Assembly: GCA_964187785.1 (NCBI GenBank)
Contig: OZ076409.1
Coordinates: 25,174,001-25,238,000 of the forward strand
DNA from: Amphiscolops sp. MND2022
Lineage: Eukaryota
Length of the DNA: 64,000 nt
Direction: 5' to 3'
This document shows positions 56,101 through 64,000 of the stretch, piece by piece. The notes under the pieces are model-generated. The model made no database searches, was not told the origin of the DNA, and saw only the letters and a list, made by a program, of their open reading frames with translations. The first letter of the stretch is position 1, and every line of letters starts with the position of its first letter. Position numbers and translations under genes: made by a program.

Positions 56101-59100
56101 ATCTTGGATAGATCAAAGATACAGAAGATCCATCCAAGTTCTTGGATAGATCAGTGATCTCGAAGAACCGACCAGCATCATGAACAGAGCAGCAATCTCG
56201 AAGATCCGTCCGAGATCTTGGATAGATCATTGATTTCGAAAATCCATTTAAGATCTTGGATAGATTAGTGATCTCAACGATCCGTCCAAAATCTCAGTTA
56301 GATCAGTGATACAGAAGCGCTGTAGATCAGTGATACAGAAGCGGTGCAATATTTTTGTTTCTTTGCCTACTCTATAAAGTTCTCAATCAAAAATTTTCCC
56401 ACTATATAATTTTTACCTTGCCTGCTATGTGCATGCCGCATTTTTTCAACCATGAAAAATTTAACAAAGAAGCAACATAGGCAATATTATCGAATAGAAA
56501 CAATGAAATATATGACTGAAACAAAGAATAGTATACAGCAATCTAACAAACCACTAAATTTTCTTCCTGAACATAATATGAAACGACTTTATTCAACAAT
56601 TTTCGTCCGCGACCTGCTTTTCGACCGGTTCCGCGGTGCTTTGACCTTCCTCGTTGGCCGCGCCTTGATTCTCAACTCTTGTAAACGTCTCAGCTTCATC
56701 CGTTGGAAATGTTGGGATGGTTGGATTTTCCTCTGTGGAACTGGTTATTTCGCATGTCTCTACTGCAGTTTCTTCTTTACTGGCATTAACGTCATCTTCA
56801 TCGCTCAAGTCGATAAGTATCACAGTTTCCTATAAAAAGCAACTGCAGTGAAAACTTTTTATCAAAAAACAGTTTTTGACTTCACAACAGAGGACTTGTG
56901 AGAAGAATAGAATATTACTTTACTCACTGAAATTTTGTCCTTCGAACAGTTGTTCGATATTGCCTCTTTCTTCATTTCTTTTGCTTTTTTGGGAATCTTT
57001 GAGCAGCTGACAGAATGGGTCACGTTTCCTTTTCTTTTCAGGCCTTTTTCAGCCGGATTTTGCCACGCAATTGGCAGTTTTGCATTGTTCCTCTCAGTCA
57101 GTTTGGCAATCTCCTTCTGGACAATTTCGTGGACTTCTGAGCTCGTGATGTTGGAGCCAGCCCTTTTGATCAGTGCTAGGGTTCGGTTTGTTGCCATTCG
57201 CATTTGGGTGAAAGCTTGCTGCGATTTCTGAAGATCCTGAATTAGTACTTGTACAGAACCCACCAATTCTTCTCGCGGAATTCCTGATAGATCTGGAATG
57301 GTCACTCCGGCTTCCCGACGGAATCTTTCTATCGGTCCGTCCACAGCATCTTGTGCTCCCGAAATTGCCTTCAGAATGTCGTTTCGCGCACCGTCCACAG
57401 TTTCTTTTAATTTAGACATTGTGTTATCCGAAAAGTTTTTCAGTTTCAGCTATGATTTCAGTTCAAGCTGCCAGTGAAGTTTCAATTTTTTGTCGACTGC
57501 TTTTGGCGGTTTTTTTAATGGAATGAAAAGAGAAGATTTTCAACGATTGATCACGTGTCAAGCATGCTGCAAAGTTGGCATTTTTTGATTCGTTGAAACT
57601 ATTTGGCAACGTGGTTTTTTTGAACGAAAGTTTTCTCTTTTTGATCGAAAATCATTCCTCGTTCATTAATTCTTCAATTAATCAATTCATAAATTCAGTC
57701 TTTCATTGAAATTATTTTATTAATTTTTTTCATCTTTATTTATTATTATAGTTCATTTTAATACCAATTCACTAATATCATTCAAAAATAATAAAAGAAA
57801 CGAAGTTGAAAAATGACTGAAATTTAATAAAAACTGTTCGCCGACAGAATTGAACTCGCGCTGTTGGAGTTCGTGGCGTACTCGTTACCTCTAGGCTACG
57901 CTGCCTTGAATATTAATCTTGTATCGTAGATTTTAATTCAACCAAGAATTCAATTTTGAATGCTCGTATATTTTGATTCAATCGTGAATTTAATTCAATC
58001 GTGAATTCAATTGTGAATGCACTCGTATATTTTAATTCAATCGTGGATTTAATTCAATCGTGAATACACTCGTGAATTTCATCATATTTGTCGTGCTGTA
58101 TAATATAGTAGTAAGCTGTTCGGCAACTATGACGCCATCACCGAGTCTCAATTCGTCTTCTGATTGGCTGCTTGAATGACGTCATAAAACTTTCACTTCA
58201 AGCCGAGACACGGAACACTATCTCCATTTTATATAGGATTGGATTGGTTTAGATATTATTCCTTTAGATCCTATTGTTTTCACATTTTATACTTTCCCCA
58301 CCTAATGTGGGGCATATGCTGTGTATGCACGCTCGCCCTCACCGTCGCAAAGACCAGCTCCCACTACGATCGCTTCGTGATCTCCGTTTCCGCTAGGTCT
58401 TCATTCCTGTTCGACCTCGCTTAGCAAGATGGGTACATAAGCGGCCCCGAGGGCCGCGGGGCACTAGAGGAAAACAGGAAATATCAGAGGCACGTTTTAT
58501 ACTTTAAAAAACTTCGATATTATTCCCGAAATCGTTTTAGATTTCATTCCTTTTTGGTTATTCCTGTTCTTCAGGCGTATCATGATGTTTTTTTTTTGAT
58601 AATTTGAACGTTTTTTTTTCTGATTTTAAACACTTTCTGATTTTCGACGTTATTCCACTTTTTAGACGTTGTTATTCTCTTAGACGTTATTCCCGAATTT
58701 TTAGACGTTATATCTTTTTTTTTCAGTTCAGATGTTATTCCTTTAGACGTTATTCCCGGTGAAACTTTAGACGTTATTCCCGCTCCTAATTTATATATAC
58801 TAATTTTACGATATATTTCCAATATACTAATATTAATATACGTATAGACTAATATTAATAGTATAATAAGATGCCCGTTAAACACCGCGATATTTTCCGC
58901 CCTGAACTAATTTAGCAGTAAACATTCAAAAATTGAACTTTATATTTTTCGATAATAAACAAGACGGGAACGTCTGAAGTCGGCGCCATATCCAAGGCTC
59001 AAAAAGCGCAGTTTTTAAAATTGTAGAAGGGAGGACTCTTCGGGCTTTTCGAAAATCCAGTTTGTTGCAAAATATCAAAAAAATGAAGGAGCGACCTTTC

Positions 59101-62100
59101 GGAGACATTGAAAACTTTCGAAAAAATTTTGAAATTTTCCAAAAAAAAAACGAAAAATGAGAATTTTTAACAGTCTCATAGTGCCGAAAAATGTAAAAGG
59201 GGGCCCTTTAGGCTTTTTCAACATCCATGCAGGTGCAAATCACCAAAAAAAGAAGGGGGCCCTTTGAAGACTTTAAAAAACTTCGAAAAAAGTCTCACAA
59301 AGCCGAAAAAGGACGGGGAAAGTCTCATAGCGCCGAAAAATTGGAAGGGGGACCCTTCTGGGTTTTGCATTTCAAGGTAGAGGCCTTTGGATGCGTTCAA
59401 AATCAAGTACTGAGTACTTTTGGTAAAAGTGAATCCTTCACAAAAAGTGGTACATACGCGATGAGTGAAAAGTCTGACGAAAAAAAAAGAAAACTAGCCA
59501 CTGTAATAGTCGAGCTCTTTTCACTAGAAAAGCGCCGACTAAAAAACAATGCCTTTTTGAAAATCATTTTCATAAATATATATGCTACAAACCATCAAAT
59601 AATTAAACAAATAAGCTAGAGCTTGCTCAGAATTTCGAAAACTAACCTTTATATTTCTGGCAAATTTTCCGTTCACATCACGTATGCCATCGACCTTATT
59701 TTTTCATGTTGAATTCTGTGGAACAAGCTCAATTATCTTTTGAGTATAAGATTTGTGGTAAAAAAACGCCGGCTGGGAGGTCAATTTTTCTTACCCAGAT
59801 AAAATACAAGAGAGTAGAGGTGTACCGGACAACAAGTCCGGTCCGGTATCCGGCCGGGTTTCAGGAAAATGTCCTGTCCGGTATCCGGCCGGACTTTTTA
59901 CAATGTCCGGCCGGATATTATCTTAAAATCATAATCTAAAATAATCGGAATATCTAACTTAGAAAAAGTGTATGTGCATCGAAAAATTGAATTTGTGACT
60001 GTGAACCAAAATTCACTAAATTATGGCGGAGGGAAAATAGTTTTTCACCGCTCTGTGGTAAAAGCCTGCTCCGTCTTTCGTAATCCTTATTGCCCCATTC
60101 TGGAAACAGCCCTTCATCGCTTACAATTGAGGATAATATACGGTCCGGCCGGTATCCGGCTCCAATCAGTCCTGTCCGGTTGTCCGGCCGGACGAAAATT
60201 TTCCTGTCCGGTGCACCTCTACAAGAGAGGAAAATAACTCGCGTAGTAGTAATAGAGAACAAAATTCTTTACTGAAACAAAATAATTATTTGCCGTAACC
60301 GGAATGACTTTCATACAGTTTTGCTTACATATTAGCAATATTTTGATTTTTAACACGCAATATCAAAATAAAAGCCACCAAATTGAGAGTACATTTGCAT
60401 TTGAGAATAGCGGACCGGATTGATATTTTACGAAGAAAATAATTTAACCTTTTCCAGAATCGAAGCCATAGTACCCTTCAGCACAAGCATCACACGCCAG
60501 GCCAACAACAAAGTCTTTGCAGATACAGGCTCCAGTGGAAGGACTGCAGCTTTGCAGGGGAGGCGAGTAAGACCTCAGCGTGCCCTCTTTGGAACACTGG
60601 CATCGAGTGCACGTCGAGGGATCCGAAAGAGCACTTCCATAATGATCGTCCAGACAACCCTCACATTGGCGCCCTTCTGTGTTGTTAAGACACGACAGGC
60701 ATTCTCCAGTGAGTCTAAACAGCCAACACAAATAGTTACTCAACGGGTTTAATCAAAAAGAAAGATTTTTCATTAGGTAGGTATTTAAATTACTAACTGG
60801 TTGCAAATATTTCCGTTTATTTCAGCACCGTTTCCATTGCAGTTGCATTCGACACATTTTCCGTTTCTCCGGAAAAAGTTTTTGGAGCAATCTTGGCATC
60901 TGTCACCTAAATTAACGAGCACAAATTCAATCTGATTGGCAACATTCTCATGGCACACAAAAATTTGATCGTATAATTCGAGCTTGATGGTAAAAGCAAA
61001 CAAAAGGTTTCAATCATGTAACAGCACAACCTCAAAACGCTTTGATGGAGAAAACGTCAAATATATGAAGCGGGGGACTGAATATTTACCAGTGTAGCCA
61101 TCAGGACATTCCAAACATTGGATGGCCCCATTGAGATTCTCTTTACATTTTCCAGGGCGAGACAGGGACGTGTTTGAATCGATGGTGAACCCACAAGGAC
61201 ATATTTGGCAGGCGTTGGGCGATTCATCCTTTGAAGGGTTCCCGTAATACCCATCAGCACACTCGGAGCAATCCCTCCCCTGTGTATTGTGGTTGCATTT
61301 ACAGTCACCTATAGCCAAATCGATGAAAGGATTATTCATTATCCGCAGAAAAGATGTAACTACCTTTTGATACATACAAACTGCGAAATATAACCTGTGG
61401 ACTCTTCACAATCTGTCCCATGCTTGTTACAACCACAGGGGACGCAAGCAGATAAACTTCCCAAGGTAGGGTCTAGTCGATAAAAGCCTGAAAAGAAAAT
61501 ATTTTGCTGATAACACTTTCATGTTGATTCGATTCACCAAATATTGGAAAGAGATTTACCAGGGGCACAAGTTTCACAAGAGGAGCCCAGGTAGCCTTTG
61601 GGGCAGAAACATTTTTCAGCTGTGAATGCCCGTCCTGAACTGAAATCCGCAGAGACGCTCTTTTCTGCTATCTCCAAGGCCACATTTTTAATGTCACATG
61701 CGACCGCTGAAAACCAATCGATTCTCATTTTCGAATTTTGAACATTTAGTTTGCACCAATTTCAATGCTTAAAATTTTCACTATAATATATATGGTAATG
61801 AAATAGACACTTCCAGGCAAAAATCTAGCCAACATGTGGTTGTTGCATTCTGGGTACTTTTCAAATTTGCAATAATGTTTTTACAATTCTACTACGAATT
61901 TTGCATTTGTGGAAAAAATAGAATAGAAACTAACCACCATAGCTTCCTCTGATTAGGATACGTTGTACGCCCAAAAGAGTGGACTGGAAGTTTATGGAGG
62001 TTGTCGAAGTATCCCATCCTGCTTTCTCATCCAATCTAAAACCAAGAGAATGAAAATGAATCATTTCATGGCATCCGAGTTCAAATAGTCGACATATGAA

Positions 62101-64000
62101 AAATAAAAATGAGCAAGAGATCCTTTAAAACTGTTGTAGATCAACCACGGAAGTAGAAACAAGCTACTATTGTTCGGCGCCCTCTTAAGACGCAAAGAGA
62201 GCTAAGTATTCTAACTATGCTCATGCTTGTGTTTTTGGAGATAATCTCACAGTTCCGAAAATATTCAAATGGAAGACCCTTTGGAGCCATCAAATACTTT
62301 TTCCTAGCTGAAAATGAAAAATAACAAAAGCGGCCATTTAGAGGAGTGGGAAAACCACAAAGTCACGTAATGTTCAAAATCCAAAGAGGGCCTTTTGGTC
62401 TTTAAGCTTTTCAATTCAGACAAAAAAGAAAAATTAAAGGGCCTTTGTTAGATCGTACGCGTACTGTAAAATTTTTCGGTCAGTTCGAGATTGAAAGTGA
62501 AAACGACGAACAGCCACTATAGATGATCCATACTTCAGATAACGCGGACTAGAAATACAAATTCTGTTGAAGTTGGCGAGACCTGTGGTGTGAAGAAACA
62601 ATCAGCCTCTGTAAGAATGGGAAACTTTTCTTTATATAAAAAACGAAGACCGAAATGATAACGTGCATCTTTTTTAATGGTTGACATTGCCTTTGGTATG
62701 GAATATTCTTCAAAATTATACCGAGAGAAAAATTACATACATAACATATATCACCAAACATTGTCATTGAGCATGCATTGAACTCAGCTGTGGGTTTCCG
62801 AATGCCACTAGGTTTGATGGAAAGGTTAAATACATAACATTGTACTCATGATAGATTTTGGTTTACCTGAAGGAGTACGAGTTCCACTGATGAGCCTTGG
62901 GTGCTGGGTTGTTGTGCCAATTCAAACCAGCTGTTATCCACTTCAGTTCACGTCCAATTTTGCCTTCGATGATCAAATCTCGAGAGGTGAAAAAGCTCTC
63001 TTGAATGTCACCCACTGGTTTGAGTTCAAAACTCAGCTGCAAACCATAACTCATGATTCGGTTCCCTGCGAACTGTTCGGGTAACTGAAAGTAGATAGGG
63101 CTATAATTAGGACCAATTTTACAGTTGCCTCCATTTTTGGAAGGGGAGGAATCCAAACTCATGTGGCGTTCACTTGCTGATCCTTCCAGAATAAGGTTGC
63201 ACTCCGATCCAGTCAAGTCTGTGGCCTTCCATCCAGCTATATCAAAGCCGTATTGCCTTCCTGCAAAAATATTATCAATCAATCGATCAAGACAATCAAT
63301 CAAAATAGCCCAAAAAGAGTCAAACTTCAATATAGCTGAAAATCAACGGGACTTTTAACTGATCCACAGAAAATCAGGTTCAATGAGTTCAATCCAGCTT
63401 TGTTTAATTTTCGATATTTATTTTTTACTGAACATTTTGTTAGTTATTCGGTACAAAACTGGAAACTAAAATTTACAAGTTAATCATTATTAATCAGAAA
63501 AGTAGCGCAATAGGTAACTTACAAAGTAGTTTTTAGTGACAACTTTTTTGGATTGTTGGTATAAAATTGGCCATTTCCTGCCGAGCGAGCAATTTCCCTA
63601 ATTGACAAAGAGCTTTTACGGACATTATTACTGAAAACTCGGTGAATAGTGACAATTTAGACTTTTTGAAGGTAAATATCAAATGATTCAGTGAATTGCA
63701 CAGTCTGGAGATGAGATCAACCGGGTTCAATCTGAGTTTCCATGGAATTTTTCTCTAAATACAGGGAAGAGAGTCAAACTAACCTATTCCAGAAAAATCA
63801 GAAAGCATCTTTGTGACCCTGTAAGGATCGGTAGATGGTATACAGTCGAATGTGTGATTGGAACAAAAGCAAGCCTTGCAACCGAACTCATCATCGGCAC
63901 GGAGATCGAAGTGACCAGGAATACATTCAGAACATGTTTGGCCCTTCACATTCTCCTTGCACGGACATTGGCCAGTGGAATAATCACAGGAATTAACACC
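29009..64000 (-). CDS. LAMC1: Laminin gamma chain (gamma-1/LanB2-like), 3' portion; 18 exons, ~1225 aa in window; 5' end beyond window
   Basis: Spliced translation follows the gamma-1 domain order: LE ([17 protein letters not shown]), L4 ([25 protein letters not shown]), LE repeats, CDSCYDFV, ~580-aa coiled coil, terminal Cys. All 17 introns are GT-AG with matching phases; exon total 3678 nt = 1226 codons. The symbol denotes family likeness, not proven orthology. Confidence 0.92.
29344..29727. mobile_element. Mutator-like MITE
   Basis: TIR ..GCGGGACAAAACAGCCGATT; 9-bp TSD CGTTGAAAG. Confidence 0.8.
30754..31252. mobile_element. Mutator-like MITE, inverted relative to the 29344 copy, with 27-bp tandem repeats
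   Basis: 9-bp TSD CAAATGACC; about five copies of GTTTTGAAAATCGGCTGTTTTGTCYC at 31097-31247. Confidence 0.78.
31537..31800 (-). CDS. laminin gamma exon (coiled coil)
   Basis: [30 protein letters not shown]; donor gttggt. Confidence 0.85.
32024..32486. mobile_element. hAT-like MITE
   Basis: 17-bp TIR CAGTGATTTGACGTGTA; 8-bp TSD TGTCACAT/GGTCACAT. Confidence 0.8.
34090..34620 (+). mobile_element. Possible non-autonomous Helitron-like fragment
   Basis: Ends with a small hairpin CGGT-CGAAA-ACCG, then CTAG|T; 5' end not identified. Confidence 0.3.
34755..34892 (-). CDS. laminin gamma exon (coiled coil)
   Basis: [46 protein letters not shown]; phase 0/0. Confidence 0.75.
35817..36016 (-). CDS. 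laminin gamma exon (coiled coil)
   Basis: [28 protein letters not shown]; donor gtcagt. Confidence 0.8.
36417..37655 (-). mobile_element. Two DINE-1/Helentron-like elements in head-to-tail tandem
   Basis: Junction GCGCCGACTAAAAAT|AACAAGCCGAGAACGG at ~37115; both sets of termini present. Confidence 0.75.
37789..38650. repeat. Unclassified dispersed repeat; related copies at ~27925-28250, 42580-42680, 43420-43830, 44080-44360
   Basis: Shared blocks such as CGTAGACGAAGTTTCGCATTCGCATTTGAATGCAGGCGAA and CCATATGGCACGTCGC. Confidence 0.75.
38652..39295 (-). mobile_element. 5'-truncated LINE 3' end
   Basis: [18 protein letters not shown] post-RT peptide; (TTA)n tail at 38652-38666. Confidence 0.8.
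39314..39428 (-). CDS. laminin gamma exon (coiled coil)
   Basis: [38 protein letters not shown]; phases 0/1 are needed to join the flanking exons. Confidence 0.75.
39551..39673 (-). CDS. laminin gamma exon (coiled coil)
   Basis: [23 protein letters not shown]; weak donor gtctgt chosen by phase. Confidence 0.75.
40384..40549 (-). CDS. laminin gamma exon (coiled coil)
   Basis: [38 protein letters not shown]; gtttcag acceptor, gttagt donor; not in ORF track. Confidence 0.8.
40675..41198. mobile_element. hAT-like MITE nested in a Helentron-like element (~40553-41287), itself containing another repeat fragment
   Basis: TIR TAGTGTTCAAWACTGAAA; TSD GATTAGTG/GATCAGTG; TTTCAG subterminal repeats. 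Confidence 0.78.
41483..41746 (-). mobile_element. DINE-1/Helentron-like element, internally deleted
   Basis: Both termini present; near-identical to the ends of 58957-59546. Confidence 0.7.
42205..42482 (-). CDS. laminin gamma exon (coiled coil)
   Basis: [30 protein letters not shown]; phase-2 donor gttggt fits next exon. Confidence 0.82.
42738..43191 (-). mobile_element. DINE-1/Helentron-like element
   Basis: Family termini present. Confidence 0.72.
44505..44984 (-). mobile_element. DINE-1/Helentron-like element
   Basis: Family termini present. Confidence 0.72.
45284..45642 (-). CDS. laminin gamma exon (start of coiled coil)
   Basis: [23 protein letters not shown], matching the gamma-1 CPACYRLV junction; donor gttagt. 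Confidence 0.88.
47240..47629 (-). CDS. laminin gamma exon (last LE repeats)
   Basis: [42 protein letters not shown]; donor gttagt. Confidence 0.9.
47700..47872. mobile_element. pogo/Tigger-like MITE
   Basis: TA|CAGTGGAATCCGG..CCGGAGTTGACTG|TA. Confidence 0.7.
48557..53097 (-). CDS. Helitron RepHel transposase (~1490 aa): Zn finger, HUH Rep, PIF1-family helicase; one frameshift (~50353) and one intron (49077-49157)
   Basis: [78 protein letters not shown]. Confidence 0.95.
53240..56340. repeat. GATC-rich tandem array (38-bp unit with 29-bp variant), ~3.1 kb
   Basis: Consensus AAGATCTTGGATAGATCAGTGATCTCGAAGATCCGTCC; roughly 80-85 units; edges degenerate. Confidence 0.95.
56593..57419 (-). 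CDS. Helitron accessory orphan gene, 2 exons (57419-56928, 56829-56593), 242 aa
   Basis: Donor TCA|gtgagt and acceptor ttatag|GAA join two ORFs in frame; AATAAA overlaps the stop; helical N-terminus, LKRK basic patch, [11 protein letters not shown], acidic tail. Confidence 0.75.
57829..57905 (-). ncRNA. tRNA-like Pol III-type unit inside the Helitron
   Basis: GGCAGCG TAGCCTAGAGG (A box), GAGTTCAATTC (B box), then TTTTT; acceptor stem does not pair, so not a true tRNA. Confidence 0.5.
57931..58080. repeat. Short degenerate tandem repeat (AATTCAATCGTGAAT)
   Basis: Several direct copies visible. Confidence 0.7.
58129..58185 (-). promoter_or_regulatory. Putative Helitron 5' promoter (CRE and CCAAT box)
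   Basis: ATGACGTCAT at 58176-58185, CAGCCAATCAG at 58160-58170, CRE-like TGACGCCA at 58130. Confidence 0.45.
58269..58467 (+). mobile_element. Short Helitron/Helentron-like element
   Basis: 5' hairpin CCCCAC-CTAAT-GTGGGG; 3' hairpin GCGGCCC-CGA-GGGCCGC then CTAG, followed by A rather than T. Confidence 0.5.
58957..59546 (-). mobile_element. DINE-1/Helentron-like element
   Basis: Family termini present. Confidence 0.72.
59815..60221. mobile_element. hAT-like MITE, CCGG-rich
   Basis: TIR TAGAGGTGYACCGGACA; perfect 8-bp TSD CAAGAGAG. Confidence 0.88.
60449..60714 (-). CDS. laminin gamma exon (LE)
   Basis: [42 protein letters not shown]; donor gttaaa. Confidence 0.9.
60798..60906 (-). CDS. 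laminin gamma exon (LE)
   Basis: [36 protein letters not shown]; donor gttagt. Confidence 0.88.
61090..61308 (-). CDS. laminin gamma exon (LE)
   Basis: [40 protein letters not shown]; donor gtaaat. Confidence 0.9.
61395..61487 (-). CDS. laminin gamma exon (LE)
   Basis: [32 protein letters not shown]; ttttcag acceptor, gttata donor. Confidence 0.88.
61560..61706 (-). CDS. laminin gamma exon (end of L4, LE)
   Basis: [33 protein letters not shown]; donor gtaaat. Confidence 0.9.
61935..62035 (-). CDS. laminin gamma exon (L4)
   Basis: [35 protein letters not shown]/gttagt boundaries; phases 2/1 fit neighbours. Confidence 0.88.
62867..63260 (-). CDS. laminin gamma exon (L4 / domain IV)
   Basis: ttgcag acceptor; [40 protein letters not shown]; donor gtaaac. 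Confidence 0.9.
63784..64000 (-). CDS. laminin gamma exon (LE repeats, start of L4), runs off window
   Basis: [53 protein letters not shown]..; donor gttagt; not in ORF track. Confidence 0.9.

Larger units (their letters stand above)
48397..58238 (-). mobile_element. Autonomous-type Helitron, 9.8 kb, both termini intact
   Basis: 5' A|TCCTATATAAAA at 58238; 3' hairpin TCTGCCC-CTC-GGGCAGA then CTAG|T at 48397; AT target without TSD; encodes RepHel. Confidence 0.92.
47905..58788. mobile_element. Mutator-like non-autonomous TIR element hosting the Helitron
   Basis: TIR GGAGCGGGAATAACGTCTAAA at both ends; 9-bp TSD ATTTATATA (47896-47904, 58789-58797); TTAGACGTTATTCC subterminal repeats. Confidence 0.8.

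Noticed and set aside
53240..56340. CRISPR-like array
   Set aside because: Units are contiguous with no unique spacers, there are no cas genes, and the context is a eukaryotic intron.
58464..58468. Alternative Helitron 5' end (TCTAG at 58468)
   Set aside because: Not preceded by A; 58238 gives A|TCCTATATA and restores the AT target.

Overview
AT-rich, repeat-dense animal (metazoan) genomic DNA; most short ORFs in the track are noise. The one host gene I can support is a laminin gamma-chain gene on the minus strand. I traced 18 phase-consistent GT-AG exons from the right edge (LE repeats, L4 domain, LE repeats, ~580-aa coiled coil) to a stop at 29009; its 5' part lies beyond 64000. This chain lacks the NIDPNAV nidogen-binding loop and the C-terminal integrin-ligating Glu, and its donors are mostly GTT rather than GTR. 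Its 12.8-kb intron (47630-60448) holds a near-intact 9.8-kb Helitron (48397-58238) nested in a Mutator-like TIR element. Besides RepHel, the Helitron carries a spliced orphan gene (coiled coil, NLS-like patch, SIM-like motif, acidic tail), a 3.1-kb GATC-rich 38-bp satellite, a tRNA-like A/B-box unit and a CRE/CCAAT promoter. This module is the best candidate for a novel system. The left half contains a decayed Tc1, a near-full-length decayed LINE, a Ty3/gypsy element with four-fold internal PR-RT amplification, a ~600-bp palindrome, many DINE-1/Helentron-like repeats and several MITEs. Coordinates were read by eye and may be a few bases off.
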